A DNA stretch of 64,000 nucleotides, from contig CAVYMY010000001.1 in NCBI GenBank assembly GCA_963769755.1, positions 90,243 through 154,242 of the forward strand. Reading direction: 5' to 3'. A program made the translations under genes and the position numbers. The notes beneath the pieces are model-generated. The model was given only the letters and a program-made list of their open reading frames with translations. It did not search any database and had not been told where the DNA came from. This DNA comes from an uncultured Actinomycetota bacterium (GTDB lineage Bacteria > Actinomycetota > Actinomycetes > Propionibacteriales > Nocardioidaceae). Each line of letters opens with the position of its first letter. Positions within the stretch are counted from its first letter, which is position 1. Below, in pieces: positions 49,381-59,327 of the stretch.

Positions 49381-51090
49381 ATGACGGACGACGCGCGGTC
49401 CCGCTGGCAGGCCAGGTACGACGAGGCGCAGGCCAAGGGGCGCGTGCGGGAGGCGGACTTCACGACGCTGTCGGGGGTGACCGTCGAGCCGGCGTACGGG
49501 CCGCCGGAGGGAGTCGAGGGGGAGTGGCCGGGCGAGTTCCCGTTCACCCGCGGCCTCTACCCGACCGGCTACCGCGGCCGCACCTGGACGATCCGCCAGT
49601 TCGCCGGCTTCGGCAACGCCGAGCAGACCAACGAGCGCTACCGGATGATCCTCGGCCGGGGCGGCGGCGGCCTCAGCGTCGCCTTTGACATGCCGACCCT
49701 GATGGGCCGCGACTCCGACGACCGGATGTCGCTCGGCGAGGTCGGCCACTGCGGGGTGGCCATCGACTCGGCGGCCGACATGGAGCGTCTCTTCCACAGC
49801 ATCGACCTCGGCTCCGTCACCACCTCGATGACGATCAGCGGTCCAGCCGTGCCGGTGTTCTGCATGATGCTGGTCGCGGCCGAGCGTGCGGGCGTCGACA
49901 CCGGCGTCCTCAACGGCACCCTCCAGACCGACATCTTCAAGGAGTACATCGCCCAGAAGGAGTGGCTGTTCGGGCCCGAGCCACACCTGCGTCTCATCGG
50001 CGACCTGATGGAGTACTGCGCCGAGGAGATCCCCGACTACAAGCCGTTGTCGGTCTCCGGCTACCACATCCGCGAGGCGGGCTCGACGGCCGCGCAGGAG
50101 CTGGCGTTCACGTTGGCCGACGGCTTCGGCTATGTCGAGCTCGGCCTCGAACGCGGCCTCGACGTCGACGTCTTCGCGCCGGGCCTGTCGTTCTTCTTCG
50201 ACGCCCACGTCGACTTCTTCGAGGAGATCGCCAAGTTCCGCGCGGCCAGACGCATCTGGGCCCGCTGGATGCGCGACGTCTACGGCGCCACGTCGGAGAA
50301 GGCGCAGTGGCTGCGGTTCCACACCCAGACCGCCGGGGTCTCCCTGACCGCGCAGCAGCCCTACAACAACGTCGTCCGCACCGGCATCGAGGCGCTGGCC
50401 GCGGTGCTCGGCGGGACCAACTCGCTGCACACCAACGCCCTCGACGAGACGCTTGCCCTGCCGTCGGAGCAGGCCGCCGAGATCGCGCTGCGCACCCAGC
50501 AGGTGATCATGGACGAGACCGGCGTGGTCAACGTCGCCGATCCGCTCGGCGGCTCCTGGTACGTCGAGGCGCTCACCGACGCGATCGAGGCCGAGGCCAA
50601 CGCGATCTTCGACAAGGTGCTCTCGATGGGCGGGTCCACGCTCACCCACGCCGACACCGAGGGGCTGGCCGCCGCCACGAAGGCGGGCGAGAAGCCCGTC
50701 ACCCGCGGGCTGTTGCACGGCATCGAGGAGGGCTGGTTCATGTCCGAGATCGCCGAGGCCGCCTTCACCTACCAGCTCGCCCTCGAGAAGGGCGAGAAGA
50801 AGATCGTCGGAGTCAACACCCACACCAAGTCGGTCACCCACGACCTGGAGATCATGCGGGTCTCCCACGACGTCGAGGTCGAGCAGGTCCGGTTGCTGGC
50901 CGAGCGCCGCGCCGCCCGCGACGAAGGTGCGGTGTCGGCCGCGGTCGCCCGGATGGTCGACGTCTCGCGCACCGACAGCAACATGATCCCCGCCATGCTC
51001 GACGCGGTCCGCGTCGAAGCCACCCTCGGCGAGATCTGCGACGCGCTGCGCGCCGAGTGGGGCGAGTACCGCGAACCCGCACGCTTCTGA
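49381..51090 (+). CDS. icmA: B12-dependent acyl-CoA mutase large subunit with isobutyryl-CoA mutase signature
   Basis: PFTRG.YP, TIRQFAGFG (Phe), AFDMPT, DIFKEYIAQKEW (Gln), HTQTAG, SLHTN; no C-terminal DxHxxG cobalamin domain. Confidence 0.8.
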   Translation: MTDDARSRWQARYDEAQAKGRVREADFTTLSGVTVEPAYGPPEGVEGEWPGEFPFTRGLYPTGYRGRTWTIRQFAGFGNAEQTNERYRMILGRGGGGLSVAFDMPTLMGRDSDDRMSLGEVGHCGVAIDSAADMERLFHSIDLGSVTTSMTISGPAVPVFCMMLVAAERAGVDTGVLNGTLQTDIFKEYIAQKEWLFGPEPHLRLIGDLMEYCAEEIPDYKPLSVSGYHIREAGSTAAQELAFTLADGFGYVELGLERGLDVDVFAPGLSFFFDAHVDFFEEIAKFRAARRIWARWMRDVYGATSEKAQWLRFHTQTAGVSLTAQQPYNNVVRTGIEALAAVLGGTNSLHTNALDETLALPSEQAAEIALRTQQVIMDETGVVNVADPLGGSWYVEALTDAIEAEANAIFDKVLSMGGSTLTHADTEGLAAATKAGEKPVTRGLLHGIEEGWFMSEIAEAAFTYQLALEKGEKKIVGVNTHTKSVTHDLEIMRVSHDVEVEQVRLLAERRAARDEGAVSAAVARMVDVSRTDSNMIPAMLDAVRVEATLGEICDALRAEWGEYREPARF

Positions 51091-51112
51091 CCCTGTCGCC
51101 TAGGGTCGGCGC

Positions 51113-51959
51113 GTGCCCGCCGCCCTCAACCGACTCACCCGCCTCTGGTGGCAGATGGTCGGCCGCGAGGTCGATCTCGCCGGCGCCCGAGGCGTGGCTG
51201 GATGCCCCGATGTCCGTCGGGCCCAGGGTCCGTGACGACTGGCTGACGGCCGAGGCCGCCCGCATCGGCGGCACGGTCGTGGACGCACCCGGGGCGGGCC
51301 TGCTGGCCGACATGGCCGCCCTGGACGGGCCGGGCTTCCGGGCAGACGACCTCCGCGCCGAGGTGCGCGACTTCTACGAACACACCTCCGGCTGGCGGAT
51401 GGAGGTGTGGGCGGGCTGGACGCCGCTCTTCTGGCCGGGCGGCGAGATCGTGTCGCGGCTGTTCGGTCGACGCTCGGAGCAGCTCGCACTGCCGATGCGG
51501 CCGCTCGACGTCGCCCGCGGCATGGACAGCCGGGTCGTGGTGCTCGCCGACGCTGACGGACGCCAGCACACCACCGGCTGGATCCGCACCTTGCGCGCCA
51601 CCGGGGAGTACGTCTACTCGGGCTCCTACAGCCACCGGCGCCTGCCCGGAGCCGACCGAGACAGCGTGCACGTCGCCTTCCCGCTCGAGGCCGGCAACGT
51701 GCAGGTCTTCCTGCGCCCCGAGGTGGGTGAAGGCGGCTCGCTGTGGCTGCGGTCGCGGGCGACGGCGTTCGGCGGCGACGGCGCGTACGTCGTGGTGGCC
51801 GAGGGCCGTCGTACCTTCGCGGCCCACGCCCCGCTCCGCGAGACCTTCCACGTCTACGTCGACGACGAGGGCGTGCTGCGTACGGACCACGAGCTGCGAC
51901 TCTGGGATGCCCGGGTCGTGCGGCTGCACTACAAGCTCGAACGTAGGTTGTCCCTATGA
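51113..51959 (+). CDS. hypothetical protein (conserved actinobacterial type), one frameshift near 51187
   Basis: GTG 51113 MPAALNRLTRLWWQMVGREVDL joins the EAWLDAPM...VRDFYEHTS...QLALP...LHYKL frame. Confidence 0.7.
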
Positions 51960-52402
51960 GCGAGAACGACGGCGAGATCTACGGCGGCTACAGCGTCGAC
52001 GACGAGGACCAGCCCCAGGGCGACGGCGACAGCATGAGCGGCGACCGCGGGCTCGCCGAGCCGCTCGACGAGGGCTACTCCCCGCCCGAGAAGTGGTCGG
52101 TCGGCCAGGGCTACGGCAACACCCCGCTGGAGGAGGAGCTCGGCGAGTCCCTCGACCAGCGGATCGCCCAGGAGGAGCCCGAGCCCGACCCGTACGTCGA
52201 GGCCGAGCGCGACATCGACGACCTGGACGACGGCGAGGTCGGCAACGTCCGCGCCGGCCGGCTGATCGCCCCCGACGAGGGAGCGGGTGAGGACGAGGAC
52301 TCCGAGCCGTACGCCGACGACGTCGGCATCGACGGCGCCGGCGCGAGCGCCGAGGAGGCCGCCATGCACGTGGTGGACGGGGACGGCCCCGACACCCTGT
52401 GA
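51956..52402 (+). CDS. DUF5709-like acidic protein
   Basis: LDEGYSPPE, ESLDQRIAQEEP, RAGRLIAPDEG, GASAEEAAMHVV. Confidence 0.85.
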   Translation: MSENDGEIYGGYSVDDEDQPQGDGDSMSGDRGLAEPLDEGYSPPEKWSVGQGYGNTPLEEELGESLDQRIAQEEPEPDPYVEAERDIDDLDDGEVGNVRAGRLIAPDEGAGEDEDSEPYADDVGIDGAGASAEEAAMHVVDGDGPDTL

Positions 52403-52430
52403 CGTCAGGCCGCTTCCATAGGATGACGCC

Positions 52431-53420
52431 ATGACGCAACAGCCGTTCAGCAGGCCCGGCGCGATCGACCTTTCCGGTCTCCAGCGACCCGCGCCGCCCG
52501 CCGGCGGCCCTGCAGCGGGCAGGCCGGCAGGTCCGGGTGCACCAGCGGGCGGGGCACCCGCCACCGGCATCGCCGGCGGCGGATCGGCGTACGCGCTCGA
52601 TGTCAGCGAGGAGAACTTCCAGCAGCTGCTGGAGGCGTCGATGACCGCCCCCGTGGCGCTGGTCTTCTACTCACCGTCGCAAGCCCCCGAGAGCGCCACG
52701 ATGGCGGCCGACGTGGCCACGGTCGCCAACGAGTACGACGGCCGCTTCCTCGCCGGCCTCATCGACATCGACGCCTCGCCGGCCATCGCCCAGGCGATGC
52801 AGATCGCGCAGGTGCCGATCCTCTTCGTGCTGCTCGACGGTCGGCCCGCCGCGCAGCCGATCCCGGGAGTGCTGAGCCTGGAGGAGCTGAGGGTGCTGTT
52901 CAACCAGCTCGGCCAGCAGCTGACCGCCCAGGGCATCGCGGGCCGGCACCAGCCGCGCACCTCCGGCGCCCCGGCCGACGCCGTCGACGACGATGGCGAG
53001 CCCCCGGTCGACCCGCGTTATGCCCCCGCTCAGGACGCGCTCGGCGAGGGTGACATCGACCGGGCGGTCGCGGAGTACCAGAAGCTCGTCGACGGCAACC
53101 CCGCCGACGCCGAGGCCGCTGCCGGCCTGGCGATGGCCAAGGTCCTCCAGCGCACCCAGGGCGTCGACCTGCAGGCTGCCCGCGACGCCGCCGCGGCCAA
53201 CCCCGACGACGTCGACGCGCAGACGCTGGTGGCCGACCTCGACATGCTCGGCGGCCACGTCGAGGACGCGTTCAACCGCCTGGTCGACGTCGTACGCCGG
53301 ACCGCCGGCGACGACCGCAACCGCGCGCGGGAGCACCTGCTGGCCCTCTTCGCGGCCGTGGGCAACGCCGACGCCCGCGTTCTCGCGGGGCGTCAGGCGC
53401 TCGCCTCGGCGCTGTTCTGA
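52431..53420 (+). CDS. thioredoxin-like / TPR chaperedoxin (YbbN/CnoX-like, no CxxC)
   Basis: RPGAIDLS N-terminus, degenerate Trx domain, TPR_20-type C-terminus (AREHLLALF...GRQALASALF). Confidence 0.85.
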   Translation: MTQQPFSRPGAIDLSGLQRPAPPAGGPAAGRPAGPGAPAGGAPATGIAGGGSAYALDVSEENFQQLLEASMTAPVALVFYSPSQAPESATMAADVATVANEYDGRFLAGLIDIDASPAIAQAMQIAQVPILFVLLDGRPAAQPIPGVLSLEELRVLFNQLGQQLTAQGIAGRHQPRTSGAPADAVDDDGEPPVDPRYAPAQDALGEGDIDRAVAEYQKLVDGNPADAEAAAGLAMAKVLQRTQGVDLQAARDAAAANPDDVDAQTLVADLDMLGGHVEDAFNRLVDVVRRTAGDDRNRAREHLLALFAAVGNADARVLAGRQALASALF

Positions 53421-53470
53421 GCCCACCGCTCGTTGGTTGGGCCGCCGAACGCCGCAAGGTGTGTCGAGAC

Positions 53471-53893
53471 CTATCGACCAGCCGCCGCAGGTACACACAG
53501 CACGGGTCGGGTGCTGAGCTGGAGCAGCTTGTGCGGTGTGGAGCCGAGGAAGGCGCCACGGATCGGGCTCTCCCCGGAGGTGCCCACGACGATCACGGTC
53601 GCGTCGTGTCGATCGGCGACGCTGACCAGCGCCTCGGCCGGCTTGGCCACGACCAGCTCTACCTCGGCCGCCACGCCGGCTGCGCGGGCCAGGTCGAGGG
53701 CGTGACCGGTGGCTTGGCGGCCGAGCTCGATGAGGGCGTCGCGGTGGGCGCCGAACTCCTCGCCGAGACCGCCAGGCGGTGCGACGCCGTAGACCAGGAG
53801 CAACGGCTCGCCCCAACGCTGGGCCACCTCGATCGCGACCCTGAGGGCAGCGGCGGCCCCCGGAGAGTCGTCGTACCCGACCACGACGGTCAT
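53471..53893 (-). CDS. universal stress protein
   Basis: VVVGYD, IVVGTSG...FLGSTPHKLL..S..PVLCVP. Confidence 0.88.
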   Translation of the reverse strand: MTVVVGYDDSPGAAAALRVAIEVAQRWGEPLLLVYGVAPPGGLGEEFGAHRDALIELGRQATGHALDLARAAGVAAEVELVVAKPAEALVSVADRHDATVIVVGTSGESPIRGAFLGSTPHKLLQLSTRPVLCVPAAAGR

Positions 53894-53894
53894 C

Positions 53895-55418
53895 TCAGCC
53901 TCCCTGTAGGTCGCGGTCGTCGGGATCGGCCGCGGCCTTCTCGCGCCCGTGCACGACGTCGGGATCGGCGACGCCCGCTCGTTCCTCCCAGAAGCGCGCA
54001 TCGCGGGTGCGCCACACGAGCATCAGCACGACGCCGGTCAGGAAGATTCCCGCGCCGATGACCAGGGGCGGCCCGACACCCAACCACGACTGCCCGCTGT
54101 AGGAGTTGGCTGGATCAGACATGTCACGGACCGACAACACCAAGAGCCACCCCAGCAGCGCCGAACCGAGGAGCGGGCCGAGGCCGATCAGGAAGAGGTT
54201 CTTGGCGCTCTCCAACAGGTGGCGTCGGTAGTAGACGGCGCAGGCCACACCCGTGAGCGCGTAGTAGAAGGCGATGAGCAGCGACAGCGCGGTCAGGGAG
54301 TCGAACAGGGCGTTGGCGGACACCTGGTAGATGCCGACGTACCACACGATCGCGATCGCTGCGACCCACCAGGTGCTGACGTCCGGCGTCCGATGTTGAG
54401 GATGGATCCGGCCGAACCGCGCCGGGATGGCATGCCGCCGAGCCATCGAGAGACCGGTGCGCGACGCCGGGATGATCGTCGTCTGCGTCGACGCGATCGC
54501 CGACGTGGCGACCGCGAAGTAGACCACCCAACTCCACCCGCCCATGACCTGTGAGGCGATCTCGGCGAACACGAACTCCTCCTCGTCGGCGTTGTCTGTC
54601 AGCCACTGGGTGCCGGCGAAGGCCACGACCGCGTAGGCGACGGCGATGTAGGTGATGAGCAGGATGAAGGTCGACAGCAGCCCAGCGCGGCCGGGCGCGC
54701 TGGCGCCGTCGGTGGTCTCTTCGCTGAGGTTGACCGCCGACTCCCAGCCCCAGTAGGCGAAGACACCGAGGAGCAGCCCGCTCGACAGCGCAGCGCCGCC
54801 CTCGCCGAATGGGTTCAGCCACGACAGCGAGGGGGTCAGCTCATCGAGCGGTGAGCTTCCGTCGAGCGCTCGATAGATCGCTACGCCCGCGAACAAGAGC
54901 AGTGCGCCCACCTGCCCGAGGATCAGCAGGTTCTGCAGCCGCGCCGACGTGTCGGTGCCCAGCACACAGATCCACGTCATCACCAAGATCAGCAAGATCG
55001 CCAACGGCATGCGGATCCAGGCGTTGGCCGCCCAGTCGTCGGCGCCGAACATCAAGAGGGTGAAGCTGACCCCGACGTCGGCCAGGGACCCGATCACCAG
55101 GACGCCGGTCATGGTGATCGCCCACCCGCCGATCCAGCCGAGCCACGGGCCCATCGCCCGGGTTACCCAGCTGAACGTGGTGCCGCAGTCCTGGTCGACG
55201 CGGTTGAGGTAGAGGAACGCCGTGGCGATAAGCATCATCGGGACGAACGACGCCAGCAGCACGCCCGGGGCGAAGACGCCGACGAGCGCCGCGATCGGCC
55301 CGATGACAGCAGCCAGCGAGTACGCCGGCGAGGTCGCCGCAAGCCCGATCACCAGGGCGTCCAGGAAGCCGATCGCATCACCCTTGAGCTGGGTCTGCGC
55401 GGCCGGTTGGGTGGTCAT
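53895..55418 (-). CDS. APC family amino acid/polyamine permease
   Basis: GLAATSPAYSLAA, FAYWGWE...NLSEE, SRTGLSMAR, TP; about 12 TM helices. Confidence 0.9.
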   Translation of the reverse strand: MTTQPAAQTQLKGDAIGFLDALVIGLAATSPAYSLAAVIGPIAALVGVFAPGVLLASFVPMMLIATAFLYLNRVDQDCGTTFSWVTRAMGPWLGWIGGWAITMTGVLVIGSLADVGVSFTLLMFGADDWAANAWIRMPLAILLILVMTWICVLGTDTSARLQNLLILGQVGALLLFAGVAIYRALDGSSPLDELTPSLSWLNPFGEGGAALSSGLLLGVFAYWGWESAVNLSEETTDGASAPGRAGLLSTFILLITYIAVAYAVVAFAGTQWLTDNADEEEFVFAEIASQVMGGWSWVVYFAVATSAIASTQTTIIPASRTGLSMARRHAIPARFGRIHPQHRTPDVSTWWVAAIAIVWYVGIYQVSANALFDSLTALSLLIAFYYALTGVACAVYYRRHLLESAKNLFLIGLGPLLGSALLGWLLVLSVRDMSDPANSYSGQSWLGVGPPLVIGAGIFLTGVVLMLVWRTRDARFWEERAGVADPDVVHGREKAAADPDDRDLQGG

Positions 55419-55426
55419 CGTCAGGC

Positions 55427-58099
55427 TCAGTCGCCGATGGACGAGCGACCGGCCTCCAGTCGGGCGACCGGCACCCGGAAGGGCGAGCAGGACACGTAGT
55501 CGAGCCCGACCTTGTCGAAGAAGTGGATCGACGAAGGGTCGCCGCCGTGCTCACCGCAGACGCCGAGGTGCAGGTCGGGCCGGGTACGCCGGCCCAGCCG
55601 GACGGCGTGATGCACCAGCACCCCGACGCCCTCGGTGTCCAGCGACTCGAACGGTGAGGCAGGGAAGATCCCCTGCTCGAGGTAGGTGCTGAAGAACGAC
55701 GCCTCCACGTCGTCGCGCGAGAACCCCCACGTCATCTGGGTCAGGTCGTTGGTGCCGAACGAGAAGAACTCGGCCGAGGCCGCGATCTTGTCGGCCGTGA
55801 CCGCCGCCCGGGGCAGCTCGATCATGGTGCCGACCTTGTAGGCGACCTCGACGCCGCGTTCGGCGTTGACCGCGGCGGCGACCTTTTCGATCTCGGCCCG
55901 GACCAGGTCGAGCTCCTTGACCGTGGCCACGAGCGGGATCATGATCTCCGGCTGCGGGTCGCCACCAGCGGCGGTCCGCTCGGCCGCGGCTTCGAGGATC
56001 GCGCGGGCCTGCATCGTGAACAGGCCGGGGATGACGATGCCGAGGCGGACGCCGCGCAGGCCGAGCATCGGGTTCTGCTCGTGCAGGCGCTTCACCGCGT
56101 CGAGCAGCTTGTGGTGTCGGGAGTTCTCGGTGCCATGGTCGTCCTCGAGCGCCACCGCGACCGAGAGGTCGGTGAGGTCGGGCAGGAACTCGTGCAAAGG
56201 CGGGTCGATCAGCCGGATCGTCACCGGCAGTCCGTCCATCGCCTCGAGGATCGCGATGAAGTCCGCGCGCTGGAGCGGGAGCAGCTCGCTGAGCGCCGCC
56301 TCCTGCCCCTCCTCGTCGTCCGCGACGATGAGGTTCTCCACGAGCTGGCGGCGTTCGCCGAGGAACATGTGCTCGGTCCGGCAGAGCCCGATCCCCTCGG
56401 CGCCGAAACGACGGGCCCGGGCCGCGTCCTCGGGGGTGTCGGCATTGGCCCGGACCCGGAGCCGGCGCTTGTCGTCGGCGTGGGCCATCACCGTGGCGAC
56501 CGCGGAGACCACGTCGTCTTGCTCGGGGTCGACGTGGTCGCCCTCGAAGTAGCGCACCACCGATGAGTCGGCCACGGGGACGGCGCCGGCGAAGACCTCG
56601 CCGGTGGTGCCGTCGATGGAGATCACGTCGCCCTCGTGCAGCGTCTCTCCCTTGCGCACCTTCGCGCGCTTCTTCTCGACGTTGACGTCGAGGGCTTCCG
56701 CACCGCACACGCACGTGCGGCCCATGCCCCGCGCGACGACGGCGGCGTGGGAGGTCTTGCCGCCGCGGCTGGTCAGGATCCCCTTGGCGGCCACCATCCC
56801 GCGCAGGTCGTCGGGGTTGGTCTCCTTGCGGACCAAGATGACGTCCTCGCCCCGCTCGGCCCACTCGACCGCGGTGTCGGAGTCGAAGACGACCTTGCCG
56901 ACGGCCGCGCCCGGCGAGGCGTTCATGCCCTTGGCGATCAGGGTGCGCTCCGCCTTGTCGTCGAAGCGGGGGAACATCAGCTGCGCCAGCTGGGCGCCGG
57001 AGACCCGACGGGTGGCCTCGTCGACGTCGATCAAGCCCTCGTCGGTCATGTGGCAGGCAATCCGGAACGCCGCCTCGGGGGTGCGCTTGCCGACCCGGGT
57101 CTGCAGCATCCAGAGCTTGCCGCGCTCGATGGTGAACTCGATGTCGCACATGTCGCGGTAGTGCTTCTCGAGGGTGTTCATGATCGCGAGCAGCTCGTCG
57201 TACGACGTCTTGTCGATGCGCTCGAGATCGGCCAGCGAGAGCGTGTTGCGGATGCCCGCCACGACGTCCTCGCCCTGGGCGTTCTGCAGGTAGTCGCCGT
57301 AGACGCCCTGGTTGCCCGAGGCGGGGTCGCGGGTGAAGCAGACCCCGGAGCCCGAGGAGTCGCCCTGGTTGCCGAACACCATGGCCTGCACGTTGACGGC
57401 GGTGCCGAGCCCTTCGGGGATCTGCTCCTGCCGGCGGTAGAGGACGGCGCGGTCGGTGTTCCAGGAGTCGAACACCGCGCGCATCGCGAGGTCCATCTGC
57501 TTGCGCGGGTCCTGGGGGAAGTCGCGGCCGGTGTGCTCGCGGAAGCGCTCCTTGAAGGTCTCGACCAGCCCGGTGAGGTCGTCGGCGTCGAGATCGGTGT
57601 CGACGCTCGTGCCCTTGCGCTTCTTGAGCGCGTCGAGCTCGGCGGCGAAGACGTGTCCGTCGATCTCCATCACCGTGGAGCCGAACATCTGGATCAGCCG
57701 GCGGTAGGAGTCGACGGCGAACCGTCTGTTGTCGCTGGTCTTCGCGAGACCGTTCACGGAGGCGTCGTTGAGCCCGATGTTGAGCACCGTCTCCATCATC
57801 CCGGGCATCGAGAACTTCGCTCCCGAGCGCACCGAGACCAGCAGCGGGTCGTCGGCGTCGCCGAGCCGGCGGCCCATCGCCTCCTCGAGCGACCGCAGGT
57901 GCTCGGTGACCTCGTCCGCCAGCCCGTCAGGGTCCTGGCCCGCCTCGAGGTAGGCGCGGCAGGCCTCGGTCGAGATCGTGAAGCCCGGCGGCACGGGCAG
58001 CCCGAGGTTCGTCATCTCGGCGAGGTTGGCGCCCTTGCCGCCGAGGAGGTCCTTCTCGTCCTTGTTGCCCTGGGCGAAGTCGTAGACGAAGGTGCTCAT
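55427..58099 (-). CDS. ppdK: pyruvate, phosphate dikinase
   Basis: GGKGANLAEM, SVRSGA, QGEDVVAG, RGGKTSHAAVVAR (phospho-His), GLCRTEHMF, GTMIE.PRA, SFGTNDL, CGEHGG. Confidence 0.97.
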   Translation of the reverse strand: MSTFVYDFAQGNKDEKDLLGGKGANLAEMTNLGLPVPPGFTISTEACRAYLEAGQDPDGLADEVTEHLRSLEEAMGRRLGDADDPLLVSVRSGAKFSMPGMMETVLNIGLNDASVNGLAKTSDNRRFAVDSYRRLIQMFGSTVMEIDGHVFAAELDALKKRKGTSVDTDLDADDLTGLVETFKERFREHTGRDFPQDPRKQMDLAMRAVFDSWNTDRAVLYRRQEQIPEGLGTAVNVQAMVFGNQGDSSGSGVCFTRDPASGNQGVYGDYLQNAQGEDVVAGIRNTLSLADLERIDKTSYDELLAIMNTLEKHYRDMCDIEFTIERGKLWMLQTRVGKRTPEAAFRIACHMTDEGLIDVDEATRRVSGAQLAQLMFPRFDDKAERTLIAKGMNASPGAAVGKVVFDSDTAVEWAERGEDVILVRKETNPDDLRGMVAAKGILTSRGGKTSHAAVVARGMGRTCVCGAEALDVNVEKKRAKVRKGETLHEGDVISIDGTTGEVFAGAVPVADSSVVRYFEGDHVDPEQDDVVSAVATVMAHADDKRRLRVRANADTPEDAARARRFGAEGIGLCRTEHMFLGERRQLVENLIVADDEEGQEAALSELLPLQRADFIAILEAMDGLPVTIRLIDPPLHEFLPDLTDLSVAVALEDDHGTENSRHHKLLDAVKRLHEQNPMLGLRGVRLGIVIPGLFTMQARAILEAAAERTAAGGDPQPEIMIPLVATVKELDLVRAEIEKVAAAVNAERGVEVAYKVGTMIELPRAAVTADKIAASAEFFSFGTNDLTQMTWGFSRDDVEASFFSTYLEQGIFPASPFESLDTEGVGVLVHHAVRLGRRTRPDLHLGVCGEHGGDPSSIHFFDKVGLDYVSCSPFRVPVARLEAGRSSIGD

Positions 58100-58139
58100 C
58101 TCTCTGATCCTGCCTCTTTTGCGGCGTCAGGGCGAGGGG

Positions 58140-59184
58140 TCAGCGGCCGGACTCGGTGTAGGTCGCGCGGCCCGATGCGACACCGGCCAGCGCGGCCTCG
58201 ATACGGCGAGCGGTGAAGTCGGCGCAGCGCTCGCGCACCTGGTCGAGGTCGCAGAACTCCGCCGAGACGATCTCGCGGGTCTGCTTGACGACGTCGTCGA
58301 GGATCGCCGGATCGTGCACACCACCGTCGAAGACCAGGCAGACGGCGTCGTCCCAGCCACCCCAGGGAGGCAGCCAGTCGGTGAGCACCAGGTCGCCGGC
58401 CTTGATGGACAGGCCGAGCTCCTCCTCGATCTCTCGGCCGACCGCCAGCCGCGGCGATTCGCCGACCTCGACCACGCCGCCGGGCAGGTCCCAGTCGCGC
58501 TTGTAGGTCAGCTGGCACAGCAACACCCGGTCGCCGGTGTCGCGCACCAGCATCTGGCCGATCGCCCGCTTGCGAGGGAGGAAGGAGTTGAGCAGCGCCC
58601 GGAAGGCCTCGGGCTCGCTCAGCGGCGGGTCGCTCTTGAGCCGGGCGAGCACCACGTGGGACGCCGTGTCGGGCCGGTCTCCGAAGCCCGGCTCGACCCG
58701 GCGCAGCCCCTCGCGACGCAGCCCGCTGCGGGTGGCCACCCGCAGCGAGTCCTGGTTGTCCGGCTCGACCTTGGCCTCCACCCGCCAGTAGCCCAGGCCA
58801 CCTTGGCCCTCGTCGGCGAGCGCGTAGTCGCACAGCATCCGCACCGCCCGGGTGGCGTAGCCCTTCCCGCGGTGACCGCGGTAGAGCATCCAGGCCAGCT
58901 GACCCACGCCGCGGCTGGTCCGCCGGATGTCCACGGTGCCGACCAGCTTGCCCTCCGCCTCGATGACGAAGGCCACCATCGACCGGTCGTCGTCGTACGC
59001 CGTGTGCCAGCGCGCGATGGTGGCCTCGTGCCGCTCGACGGTCACGTCGTCCGGGAGCCAGCCGAACCAGTGCGCGATGACCTCGTCGTGACCCGCCACC
59101 GCCTCCTCGACGTCGTCCTCGCGCCAGCGGCGGAGGGTCACCACGCCGTCGGTCAGCGTCGGCTGCTCGGGAGTTTTCGGCCAC
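58140..59184 (-). CDS. GNAT (RimJ/RimL-like)-NUDIX fusion protein
   Basis: N-terminal LRRW, HRGKGYATRA, N..S.RVA...G..REG; C-terminal WDLPGGVVE.GESP....RE..EELG; the start may need a 1-bp correction near 59170. Confidence 0.82.
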
Positions 59185-59232
59185 GTGGTCGACCCTAGCC
59201 GGGGCGGACGTGGGTGATCGGTCGCTGGTCGT

Positions 59233-59321
59233 CGTTTCATCATGGTATGCAGGCGAAGCCACGTTCCCGCGGTGTGCTCGCCGTGGGAAGCGACAGTTGG
59301 CCTGCATACCGTGATGAAGCG
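59233..59321. repeat. 89-bp nested hairpin, copy A
   Basis: Outer stem CGTTTCATCATGGTATGCAGGC / GCCTGCATACCGTGATGAAGCG (20 of 22 complementary), inner TTCCCGCGG/CCGTGGGAA stem. Confidence 0.9.
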
Positions 59322-59327
59322 AACTCG

